A DNA stretch of 63,865 nucleotides, counting the filler, from Reclinomonas americana ATCC 50394 (Eukaryota), in assembly GCA_048213135.1 (NCBI GenBank). It is 9 parts of 4 records of this genome, joined end to end, with 100 filler letters (N's around TTAATTAATTAA, not from the genome) between each part and the next. Parts side by side here need not be neighbours in the genome. Positions count along the whole stretch, not along the records: positions 1 to 22,983 come from PS015452.1; 8 more parts are not named here. One strand, written 5' to 3'. Below the pieces are notes generated by a model. The model searched no databases. It was not told where the DNA came from and saw only the letters and a list, made by a program, of their open reading frames with translations. The translations under genes and the position numbers were made by a program. Below, piece after piece: positions 1 to 12,800 of this stretch; the stretch's first letter is position 1, and each line of letters starts with the position of its first letter.

Positions 1-107
1 CGGTTCGGTCGTACGGACGGACGACGGCCGCGACGTACGGACGGACGTACGTACGTAACGAACGAACGGACGTACGTACGACGACGAGAGGACGAGGACG
101 GACGAAC

Positions 108-195
<88 letters not shown>
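108..195. repeat. (AC)n microsatellite
   Basis: Perfect AC dinucleotide run seen directly near the contig end. Confidence 0.95.
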
Positions 196-196
<1 letters not shown>

Positions 197-3100
197 CAGG
201 CAATCAATCCTCGAACCTTTCTTTTGTGACTCGGAGACCTCGGAAATCAGCAACGCCACATGCTGATCGAGAAGCACAATGAGGTCACGATACGTGTCGT
301 GCCGCGTAAAGTTCCACTGCATCTCCTTGGTGGCGATGAAATGGCCGACGGTGCGCGAGCGCTCGCGAGCTCCCCGTGACAGCGCACCCTCACGAGTTGG
401 CGCACCGTTCTCCTGCTCCATACGACTCCGCAAAGTCTCCAACAGCGCACGGTAGGGCATGCGTGCACGCGGCTGCACAACCTCCACCGACGGCATGTGG
501 CGCTTCACTGAGGCGTCGACCAGCGGCACCGCTGCGTTATTCGACTCCACCGCCAGCGTCCACGACCAGATGACAAAATCGTGCACCGTCTCGCCACCAA
601 ACAAATCCTCTGTGACAGTGCAATCGACTCGTTGTGAGATGGAACCGACGCACACACAGGCACGTGCACACCAATCGACGCAACCAAAGTCAAGCAAAAG
701 GTTGGCGCCCTCCACTAGCCGCTTGACAAACTTGTAGGGACTGGCCGTTTCCTCGTCCATGGGTGGCGGAGCGCGAATGACACCATTCTGCACAGTGGAC
801 GGTCAGCACATTGAAGCATAAGTGAGCGCATTGCAGGGAATCAATCGACACGAAACTCGCGACTGCGACAGCAGGTGCACAAGGTAGCCGATTTGCATGC
901 GCAGACGGAGCGCAAAGATGTAGCGGAAGAGCAGGCGCGTCAGCTCCTCCAACTCGGCCGCCGTGCCGGACACCGGCTGCGTTGGTGATGCCTCGTCGCC
1001 CACTGCGTATCATGCATGCGAAGTTAGTCACAGTTAAAAAAAAAATTGCGCGAGCATTCTCCAGTGCGCGCAACGTGACTGAATCCAGAAGCGCTTGATC
1101 AACGGCGGCAGCACCGGCAGCACCGAGTACAGGCAGAAACAAATGGAGGGCACTGCGGCACGGAGACTTCGGTCAAAGATCTCGTGCTGCATGCGCTCAA
1201 CCTCCGAGCAGCTCATCTGCACGCAGTCCGTCATAAATCAGATGCAAAAAAACGCGTGTTTGCTTGCCAATGGAACGCAACGGCGTCAAACTGCAGATTT
1301 TCCTGCGCGCAGAATGCCGACGTGCCACGGATGAGCAGCGTGATGAAGAACGTGTCGTCGTCCTCGTGCTCGCCATCTTGTCCGTGAGACTCGTAGTGAA
1401 TGCGCTGTTGCAGCAGGCGCTTCAAACTCTGGTTGACACTGGTGATGATCTGTGCAAGATAGGTATTGAGCACACTCAAGATGTAATCCTACACAATTGA
1501 CACGGCTCACGCACCGCTTTCAGCACTTCGTCCATGATGGCTTGCGGGAACTCGGCCAGCTTGAGAATGGCACACATCTTGAGAGCTGCGCCACGCATGC
1601 CGGCGGTCAGCAACAAATATACATCACAAGCACGTGTGCTCTTCCGGGAAAAACCGCACCCGCTGCATGATCGTTGCGCTCCAGTGCCGACTGAATGTGG
1701 CACGTGAATAGACGAACGATGCCTCGCAAGGTCTCCGGCGTGCGACGACAAGTGACGACCTGTGCCATTTTTCCCCGTCACGTTGAGAGACACAAACGCA
1801 TTACGGCGCGGCGCACATGGACGTGTCTCTCGATACGCACCACATTGAAGGCCTCGGACCACAACGAGAAATGCAGCAGCAACCGAATGGCTTCCAGGTA
1901 CTGACCGAGAAGCGTCCACAATGCAACGCACAGATACGGTCGCGAGAGTTGCGGCAAGAAGTTGAACGCCGACGTCTGCGTCTGCATCAGTACCTGCCGA
2001 AGAGCGCGCTTGCCGTCATCGTGATGGGCGGAGCGCGCATACACGCACAGCGAATCGACCCGTTGCTGTGTCGGCAATCTCTGTGTGAGGACACAAACGG
2101 CAGGCGCGACCACGTTTTTTTCCTCAGAGTAGCGTACCTGAAAGCACTCAGCAGGTGCCAACACGGTGTACTCGGTGTCGGTGATGCCGAGCACGAACAG
2201 TGACAGGATGCGCGCCAGCGTCTTCACAATGATGCGACTTTGCGAGTGATCTCGCAAGCTGCACCTCGTAATGAGACCCATTTTCCTCGCGCTCCCACAG
2301 CTCGCTGTTTCTTTCTGTCACGCAACATTAATGAAATGGACGAAGGGTCCTTGCGGAACTGCTGGAGCACGGTGGCAATCGGTGTGGTCCCAGTGCTCTG
2401 CAACTCTTGAACCTGCACCGACACGGAAGTTGGCAAAAGTGTCACGCTCACTCTCACGCACACGGACAGACACGCAAGCGATGACATGCCTGCGACAGGC
2501 CGAGATCGAGAGCCGACAACACGTCGCCGGCGGACAGCACCCACGAAAAGAGTGCCATGAGCCAGCCACGGTCGCTGTCGTGACGTGAACGGAACACCTC
2601 TTGCAGCTTGGACGGCAAATCATCGGGCGTGATGGCTACGTGCACATTGGGTGAGCATCGGTACAAGAAGCAATGTGTACGCGTACTGCAGCGGCAACAC
2701 ACCACCGAGCTGACAGTCCTGCGAGCATTGAATGAGATGGAACAGGGTCAACAGTGGATCCGTGTCGACTTGCGTATCCGCCAATCCACGAAGACGCGCG
2801 GCGCTGAGCAACGTCGCGCACTCCAAAAGGAACTTGCGTACTTTCGAGACATTGATGTGCCGCTGCGCAAAGGCTGTCAGCCACAGAAAAACAAAGGACA
2901 ACGACAACTCTCTTCCTCGATAGTGGTACACACCCGGAAGAGACGCAAGCTTGCCGTCCGCACGAGATCGAGCATCACCTGCAGACCGTAGTGCACATTG
3001 CGCGACACACGCCACACGTCGCACATGCACTCGAGCACTCGCAACACCAGTTCTGTGAATGCCGTCGACTGGCAACATACACGGAGCGGTGTCAGCAGGA

Positions 3101-5633
3101 GACAGTCATCGCACTGTCGTCACATCCACATACCATGCCAAGCTCCAGCGTCTGTTGCAGCAGAGCCGAACCGACAAGAGACATCCACGACGGCAGCGAG
3201 CGGTACGATGGCGTCAAATTCAGCAGTGAGAAGTACAAGCGCCACTTTTCCAGAATCACCAGCACCGCATCTACAAACACACACGCCCAACGAAAGAATG
3301 CAGTGAGAGATACGCTCGCCTATGCGGACGGAGCGAGCAACGCACCGGCATTGCGCGGCTCAATGGTGCGCCCCACCAGCATTTGATTCCAAAGATTGAT
3401 GGCGTCGTTCGAGAAGAACTGCGACTCGAAGAACGACGGCTTGCCAAGGGGCGCACTCAGAGAACTACTGGAGTTGAGGTCGGAGAAGAAGTAGCCGCTG
3501 GCATCGCCGACTTCACCAAAAATGCGCTGCCACTCCGAGTCGACACGAGAGGCGTCCCACTTGCGATGCGTAAAGTAGATGCGCAGCGTGCGACGAGAGA
3601 GTGTGGGCCGGTGCACCAGAGTGAACACAGAACCCATGTCGGAGATTGGCAGCTGCTGCTCCGGCAGAATGCTGAGGGTAGGAGAGAGAGAAAGAAAGAA
3701 AGAATGAGTTGCCACGCGAATTTCAAGCGCACACGGACGTGGATCGCTAACCCGGTGAGTCGCGGGGGTGGTCTGGTGAGCACCACCTCGCGTTCGAGCA
3801 CCTGCGAGTCGAGCAGCGGTGACTCGGACATGGGCATGTTGGCACCCAGAATGGCCTGCAATCGGTAGGCCGAGCTCATCTCGCCAATAAAGTGTCCGTT
3901 GGGCGAGAAGAAGAGGAGGCGGCCTGCGCACCAAAGTCGTCAGACAGTGGAATGTAGTTGTCGCCAAGCAAAAAAAAAAAAGAAAAGAGACGTACCCATG
4001 GAAGAAACAATCATGAGGCAGGCATCCTGCAAAAGCCACAGGAAGCCAATCACACGGTCGTCGCGCGAAATCTGCGCGCTCAGGTTGACCTCGCGAATGT
4101 TCAGACTGAGCGACACGTCATCGAATGCCACCAGATTCGGCGACGACGGTGACGATGGTGGTGTTCCCGGAGATGGAGTTTGCTGCCACGCGCCGCGACG
4201 ACGCGTAATACCCCAGCCGTCAAGATGGACCTATTGTTGTTGTTGTTGTCGTACGACGTGAGGAGACGGAGGGGGAGTTCACAGCAAAACATGAACCCAT
4301 AGACACGCAACCTCAAGGAACAGGCCGGCCGGCACCGGATGGCCGCTGCGCAGGAGGCCAGATGCACCGTCGGCCGCTGCGGGTGTGGCGGAGTAGTCGT
4401 CGTGCTCGGCAGACACGAGGAGAGGAATGGAGATGAAAAGCTCGTTGCCATGCGTGTTCCACGCGCATTTGATGCTCAGCGCCTCCAGCATATCCGAGCG
4501 TGCTCTGCCAACAACACAAAGGGCGGGTTGAGCGCAACGCAGCTCACTCAATCACACTCTTCCGCATCACCCACTCACCGATCCATGGCCACCACGCCGA
4601 GACAGGCTCCGCACGTGCTCGGCTGGCGCGCCAGATCAGAGTAGACGTGCGAGAAGCCGAGGCAGAGCAACTCGGAGTGCAGAATCGCTAGGTTCTGCCG
4701 CGGTTTGGCTACAACACACGAAAAATGCCCGTCAGCAACGAGAGAAAAGAGTCAATCGAAGCATGCCTGAACGAGACGAAACGAGGAGGAGCAGGATCCG
4801 ACAGGTTGCCAGGCACCAGCACCGGCTCCGGCAGCGGCTCGGGTTTGTGAATGGCCCAAATGTACGCCAGTGACCAACACCAGCCAGCGCCCTGCACGTC
4901 GAGCGATGAATACCATTGCTAATCAATCTCTCTCTCTCTCCTCACACACACACACACACAGACCTGATGGTACGAATACGAGGCCTCCAGGTGCGCCCTC
5001 ATGTGTACCGAGCTGAGGGTGCACCGCGACCAGCGTTCCGTCGACCGCGACCACCAGCACAGACATTCGCTCCAGAGGGAGTGACGCACGAGCACACTGT
5101 TGCCATCGTTGGATACCCACACCGTGGTCATTTGTACGGCTGCAACACGTCACCAACATCGAGTAAACAAACAAACAGCAGCGGTGCGGTACGGGCAGGC
5201 CGACAACAACAAACGCACGATCATCGGGGGCCGACACGCGACGCAGATTAAAGGCCTCCACCAGGTTGTACTCGCCGTGTGGCGACTGGAAGCGATGCAC
5301 AGGCTCCGGCACACTGGACCCTGCCGCGCCATTCTGACGTATCTTTTGCGACGAGGACGCCGTGGCGGTGGCCGCCGCCGCCGCCGCCGTGGTCGCACGA
5401 GAGCGCGGAATGCAACACAACGGAGGCACTGTGTGAGAGGTGAAGAACAATGAGCGGCACAAAGCGACACGAGAGAAAGAGAGAGGCCATCGCTCGCACC
5501 ACTGTGAGCATCGTCTTCTCGGATCGGCACTGTCCCGAGCCGAATGACTTGATTCTCGCTGAGGTCCCACAGCATGCAGTTGAGTGCCGGATCGCAAAAC
5601 ACAACGTGCGCCCCTGCGTACGCACTCGTGAGC

Positions 5634-5665
<32 letters not shown>

Positions 5666-6525
5666 CAAAACACACACACAGACTCACCGGACGATGAGAC
5701 TCCAATGGCACTCGGATTGCGCACAAACGACTTGAGCTGCTGCGGAATGCCCAGGTGCTCGTTGGAGAGCACTTGCACATACGGCACCGTGGGGTTCTGA
5801 ATGAGCAAGCTCTTGCCCCACTGTGACAGAGAGAGAGAGAGGCACAAGTGAGTGAGCGCGCCAAAAACATGTCGCAAAACACACACACGCGCGCGCACAC
5901 ACACGCATACGCACACGCCTACAGGATACACACAGCAACGGCGAGCGAGAGACGAGGAGAGACAGCGGGAAAGAGAGCGACACGCGTAATCATCATATGC
6001 ATCATCATCATCATCATCCCAACTCACACACTTTGCTCACACACACACACACTCACTCACCAGCGGGTAACACCTTCCCGGGCCAATGCTCGCCGCCATG
6101 GCAGCCTGTGCGTTCTCCGCACCCGAGTTCTGCATCAGCACACCCGCCGACACAGTCGACGAGGCCACCGCAGCCGCAGCCGCCGAAGCACCTCCCGCCG
6201 CACTTCCTCCATGGTGATGGCCGCCACTCGCAGCTGCGCCACTCGCACCCGACGCAGCAGACGGGGTCGCCGAGGACGCGCGGCCTCCTCCACTTCCCGC
6301 GCCACCTGAGGCGGTGGATGAGGCGCCTGAGGCGGAGGCAGCAGCAGCAGCAGCCGCGGCGCCTGAGGATGATGATAGTGGCAGCGAGGAGGAGGCGGAG
6401 GAGGAGGAGGCGGAGAGTGGAGTCGAGCCAGCGCCGGCGCCGCTGGAGGACGAGGTGCCAATGCCTGCATTGTTGAATCGCGTGGTCGCCACGATTTCAA
6501 CACTCCATTCTAGTGGTTCGGCCAT
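196..6525 (-). CDS. Large multi-exon gene, 3' end probably beyond the window; N-terminus resembles CPLANE1/JBTS17 (tentative)
   Basis: ATG at 6525 (MAEPLEWSVEIVATT). A chain of coding-like segments separated by GT-AG introns follows (WGKSLLIQNP..LGIPQQLKSFV, MLWDLSENQVIRLGTVPI, VWVSNDGNSVLV, AFDDVSLSLNIRE, ELTRLLFRYIFALRLR). Treating it as one gene is an inference, and the homology call rests on remembered motifs. Confidence 0.45.
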
Positions 6526-6855
6526 GGCGCGTACTGGGGAGTAGAAAGAGCAGTCAGCGCTCTCTCTTCCCTTCAGGCGGCGCGCTTTGTTGGAGTGAGT
6601 GATCCCGCCAATTCCCATGCTCGCGGGTGTACAATACGTTACTGTACCGCAGGAACCCGCTCCAACTCACTCTCTTTGCTGATTCACACGCGCACTCTCA
6701 CACACACGCGTGCAAGAACGACAGAGAGATACGCGCGTAGGCGCACGGCGAATACCCATCTCTCTCGCGCGCGCGCGTCTCGTGTGTGTGATTTTGAGAG
6801 GCGAGCATAGAACGCGAGATCATTGCCTTATTCAGTGAGAGAGCGAGACTGTATT

Positions 6856-9800
6856 ATGTCGTCGCCACGAGCGCGGAGCTCGACAGTTGCGTGTGGCGGC
6901 GCGCGTGCGTGATGACTGCGGAAGAGAGGAGGAGACTCACATATTTTTTCTTGATGTTCGATTGACTCAGATGAACAAGGCGCTCGGCTCGCCGCGCACG
7001 CCACCCGGTCTGTATCCACAGTCAATAACGCCGCCTTCGTCGGCGGGCACGAGCTCGGGGAAGTACTCGCGCTCCGGATCACGCACCAATGGCACCTCCA
7101 GTCGCTCCTCGACCGCTTCCGTCATTCTCCATCCAACGTCTAGCCGCGGATCGATGCCGACCTCTCCGCGCGGTAGTGGTGGTGGCGGAAGCAACGAGGC
7201 GCTGGCCAGTATTGCGGAGGCGCAGCGGAATCTGGTGGAGAGGGCCATCGAAGGCAACTCGGATTGGAGCGAGGAAGGCCGCACAGAGTTGCATCGAGCC
7301 GCCTACGACGGCGACATTGGCGTCGTGAATGCCCTGTTGCGCCAGCAGCAGTTCAGTGTCGACACACGAACCAAGACGAGCCTGTGGACGCCGCTGCATG
7401 AGGCAGCCTCACGCGGCAACGTGGATGTCATGCAGCTGCTCATCTCGCAGGGTGCGCAGGTCAACAGTCGCACCAAGAATCAGAGTACGCCGCTGCACAT
7501 TGCCGTGCGACGCGGTCGGTTCGCTGCGGCCACTCTGCTGCTGGCCAACAAGGCGTCGCTGGATGCCAAGGACGCATGGGGCGAGTCGGCACTGCACTGG
7601 GCCGGCAACTACGGCCAGGTGGAAATGCTGCGCCTGCTGTTGGATCGGCAGGCGGCGCTGGCGAACGAGCGCGACAACGAGGGCAAGACGGCGCTCCACA
7701 AGGCTGCCGCCAATGGTTTCGATGAGGCCGTCGCAGTGCTGTTGCAGTACGGAGCGCGTGCGTCACTGACCGACGACAAGGGCTGGAATGCGGCTCACGA
7801 AGCAGCGTTTCGCGGTCACGCCGCATGTCTGCGCGCCGTTGCCGCGTTCGACAGCGGCTGCTTCGGGGCGCGCACGGAGAGCAAGTCATCGTGCATGCAT
7901 CTGGCGGCTCGGTGTGGCAGCACCGACTGCGCCAGTGTGCTCATGGAGCACGGGCAGGTGGGCTCGATGGGCGCGGCCGACACGTGGGGCGAGACGCCAC
8001 TGCACTGGGCCGTCTACAATGGCCACGTCGGCATGACCAAGTTCCTCGTGGCCAACGACTCCGACACCGACACCATCAACCGCGGCTCGCAGATCGGCGT
8101 CACGCCACTGCATCTGGCCGCTCGCTACGGCAAGGTCGGCTGCATGGAGGTGCTGCTGCGCCGCGGCGCACTGTGGCAGCTGCCGGCCGAGAGCGGCTTC
8201 ACAGCCATGCACGAGGCCGCCATGCACGGCCAACTGCAGTGTCTCACGGTGCTGCTGGCTCACGGAGGCGCATTGGCGGCCAACGTCGAGGATGCCGACA
8301 AGAAGACTCCACTGCACCAGGTGCGTGAGAAGATGAGTGAGGTGGAGATGATGGAGAAACTGACCCTGGTTTGTTTTTTTGCAGGCGGCGTTCGGTGGAC
8401 ATGCCGAGTGCGCAGCCGTGCTGCTTGAACACCACGCCAACCCGAATCACCAGGGCAGCGACGGATGGACACCGTTGCACGAGGCCGCCACCCGTGGCAA
8501 GGATCAAGTGGCACGCATTCTCCTCCAGCTCGGCGCCGATCCCAGTTTCGTGCATCGGAACCGCCTCGCCGGTTTCTTTTTCCGTTTCTCACGCCTTCCT
8601 CCCTCCGCAGATGTGCACAACAGCATGGGATCGACACCATTGCATTTTGCGGCTCGTGCCGGTGCGCTCACAGTGATGCGCGTGCTGCTGAAGAACACCA
8701 CACCGGCCGACCCGAACAGCGTCGACAAGTGGCTGGAAACGCCGCTGCACTGGGCGGCCTTCTCCGGCAACCTCGATGCCGTGCGCTTGCTCGTCCGCCA
8801 CAACGCCTCAATGCACATGCGCAACTCGGTCGGCTCCATGCCCTTTCACATTGCCTGCCGATACGGGCACGCTCAGGTGCTTGCAGTTACCAGAAGGCAA
8901 TATCGATCATTTCCTCACTTCTCTCTCTCTTCCCAGGTGGTGGCCGAGTTGCTGGATCTCGGCCAGGACGTGGAAACACGCGGTGAAGACGGATGGACAG
9001 GCCTGCACGAGGCCGCCGCCAAGGGCCACGTCGACTGCGTCTCCACACTGCTGTCCCGCCAGGCTTTTGTCCTTCAGCCCGACGACGCCGGCAAGACACC
9101 CTTCCACATTGCCGCCTACAATGGCTGGCTGGAGGTGCTGCAAGTCATGGAACCCGCCGTGCTTCGGCACCGCACCGACTTTGACGCGGTAGACACCAAC
9201 GGATGGACGCCAGTGCACGAGACGTGCGTCAAGGGCATGCACAAGTGCACTGCGTGGCTGTTGCGACGCAGCAACCCCGACGCCGCCACTCTGCACGCCA
9301 GCACACCACTGCACTTTGCCGCGCGCTCAGGCATGGCCGCGTGCATCGACGTGCTGCTGAGCAACGCAGGACGCGCGGCGAATGCACAGGCGCGCGACGA
9401 GTGGGGCGCCATGCCTCTCCACTGGGCCTGCTTCAATGGGCATGCCGAGGCCACGCGTCGCCTGTTGCAAGTGGCGCCGCCTGATGTGCTAGACGCCGAC
9501 CAGTGCTCTCCGCTGCACAAGGCCGCCTTCCGCGGGCACGCCGAGTGCATTGAGGTGCTGTGTGGTCGCAGCAGCAAGCAGGCGCGCGCCAATGTCAACC
9601 TCGCCGGTCATCACGGGTGGATGCCGCTGCATGAGGCCGCCAGCAAAGGTGCGCATTTTTTTGATGCACAATGAGAGAGGCAGGCATTGACCAAAGTGTG
9701 TCGCGCAGGTCACGACAAGGCGGTGCTGACGCTGCTCAAGTACGACGCCAACATCAACGCGCAGACGGAGAAGCTCAGCACGAGTCTGCATCTGGCGGCA

Positions 9801-12800
9801 CGCGAGGGCCACTCGTCGACAGTGACGCTGCTGCTGGGCAAGGGCGCCAAGTGCAATGTGGCCGACTGCTGGGGCGAGACGCCGCTGCACTGGGCGGCCT
9901 TTCGTGGCCAGGACGACTGCCTGCTCGAGCTCGTCAACGCGCATGGAATTCAGTTGGAGGCCAAGGTAACTGCTACTAAAATGCACCACTGCTGGTGAAA
10001 GCAATCGCTCACTGCATGGTCGTGCGCAGGATATGGAGTCGAGCACGGCGCTGCACAAGGCGGCGTTCCGTGGCCACACGCGGTGCATTCACACGCTACT
10101 GGACAAGGAGGCTCTGGTGGACGCGCGTGACTCGGAGGGCAGCACACCGCTGCACAAGGCCGCCTACAAGGGTCACACCAAGTCGCTAGAGGCGCTGCTG
10201 GATCGCGGTGCCGTGGTGACGGCGGTGGACGAGCGGCGCATGACAGCGCTGCACAAGGCCAGCTTCCGGGGCAGTCTGTCGGCGTGTGTGCTGCTGGTCG
10301 ATCGTGGCGGAGCCGTCGATGCAGCGGCCGACAACAATGTGCAGCCGATCCACTTGGCGGCGCGCGCCGGTCACCAGCGCATTGTACAATTCCTCTTGGA
10401 GAAGGGTTGCTCGACAGAGGCGGCGGAGCTCGGCGGCGCCACTCCCCTCTTCGAGGCGGCGGCCAATGACCGCATCGAGGTCGCACGCTATCTTCTCAGT
10501 CGTGGCGCGCAGCTGGATGTGCGCACTCGCGACAATGAGTGGGTGCTGCATGCGGCGGCACGAGCGGCGAGCGGTGACATGATTCGCCTGCTGCACGCGG
10601 CCATGAACGAGCGACTGCGTCCTCGTCCCGGCCTCAACATGCGCGACCTCTCCGGCAACACACCATTCCTGGTGGCTGTCGACGCCGCCAATGTGGAGGT
10701 GGCCATGACGCTGTTGGAACTCGGCGCGCTGCTGACGGAGGACGACGTGGCGCACGCGCTTGTCGAGTCGGCACGTCAGGGCAATGTCGATCTGTGCCAC
10801 GCCATTATCCGCCACGTGCCACAACGACAGGACCTGCGCAACATTCTGGTGGAGGCCGCCCACGCTGCGGCGACGCACCGCGACACCAATTGCTTGGCGT
10901 ACCTACTGCGCGACTTCCCACACGTGGAGCGTGGCATCTCGGTGGCCGGTCGCACACTGATGGGAACGGCGGCGGCGCACGGCAGCCTGAACAATGTTCT
11001 CTTCCTGGCCGCGCGCAATCCCGACCTGGTCAATGCCGTCGACAGTCACTCGCGTGTTCCACTGCACTACGCCTGCGAGGCGCTCTCTATTGGTGCCTGG
11101 CGTAGCGATGGCGAGCCGACCGAGTCCACGTACGCAGAGATTGTGGCGGCGCTGCTGGCGCAGGGAGCGGTCACCAATGCGGCCGACAATTTCATGGACA
11201 TGCCGTTGCATGTGGCGTGTCGTCACAACCGCGCCATCAATGTGCACGCGCTGCTGATGCCGACGCAAGTCGGCACCATGGTTGACCCGCAGAATCGTGA
11301 AAATCGCACGCCACTGCACGACTGTGTGGATGCGCATGCTCTGGAATGTGCCACGCTCCTGCTGCAGTGCGGTGCCGATGCCGAGTTGTGCGACACATCC
11401 ATGTGCACGCCACTGCATTTGGCCGTGCGACACAACGACGTGGAGATGATCATGCTGCTGCTCGAGCGACGACCTGGCGGGCGTCTGCTCGGTTTGTGCG
11501 ACGGCAACGGTCTCACACCGCTGGAGTTGGCGTGCCAGATGCATCATCAGGAGGCGCTGGACGCTATTTTGCGTCCGCCATACGACCGCCTCGATGCGAA
11601 CGGCATGAAGCGGTTGGCGTTTGTGGCGGCACGCAGCGACAATGTGGTGGTGCTGAACCGGCTGCTGCGCCAGCTGCCTGACGACGAGGCGCAGTCGTGG
11701 TTGGAGCCCGACAATCTCGACAACTTGCTGCTCCACGCGTCTCGACACGGAGCCACCGAGGTGGTGAACGAGCTGCTCAACAGTGTGTCGACCAACGGTG
11801 TGGACTTGGCATGGGACACTCAGTTCCGCAACCGCAACGGCGAGAACGTGGCACACTTGGCAGCGCGCTCCAACAAGCCCGACTGCATGTCTGCACTGTT
11901 GCACCTGCCGCCGACGCGCCGGCCCGATTTCACGGCCGTCAACGAGCAAGGTCTGACGCCGCTGCTGCTGGCCATCTCTCTCGGACACACGGCCGTGGTG
12001 CGTGAAATGCTGCGTGGTGGCGGCAACGTGCCAGGCACCTCGCTGGCCGACATTCCGCCCGAGGAACTTGTGCGACGGGCGATTGAGGGTGGCCCAGAAA
12101 TGGTGGAGTACCTGGTGCGCGAACACAAGGTCAGCATCGCGCAGTTTACCGATGTCACCTCCGGCAACACGCCGCTACATTTGGCCGTGCTCGGCGAGAA
12201 TGTGGACAGGTGAGGGGCATGATGAGTGCGAGAGAGAGAGAGAGGCACGGTTGCGTATTGTGTCGTGTTACTCACTGATCACTGCATGGGCAGTTTGTTG
12301 CACCTGCTGGAAATGTGCAAGAACGACCCTTCGGTCGATGTGCGCTCGTTGCTGCGCATGCGCAACACCGAGGGCTACACGCCGGCCGAGCTGGCCATTC
12401 TTCACAAGCGCGCCGACATGCTGGATGCGCTGCTCAACTCGGACTGCTTGGATCCGTCGTCGCTGCCGGCGCTGCTGCACATGGCGTGCGAGATGGACTA
12501 CAACGACGGCGTGGCCACACTGTGTCTGCACCCGATTGACCTGAGCGCACCGAATGAGCGTGGCGAGACCGCCCTGCAAATCTGTGTGCGTCGCGGTTGC
12601 GTGGCCACCTGCGAGACGCTGCTGTCGGCCGACGCGTCCATGGAGGAGCGCAACGCCAACGGCCACACACCGATGCAGCAGGCAGTGGCTGAGGGCTTTG
12701 TTGACCTGGTGTTGCTCTTCAACGAGCGATTCCCGCACAAGCACATGGACGTGGACGACGATGGCCGCTCGCTGTTGCACTTGGCGGTGGAGCGCGGCGA

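Noticed and set aside
1..107. cgtac/gtcgtc-rich low-complexity text at contig ends (also ~22930-22983, 23084-23170, 27300-27356, 28593-28710)
   Set aside because: Always adjacent to microsatellites and gaps, so it looks like low-quality read-end noise.
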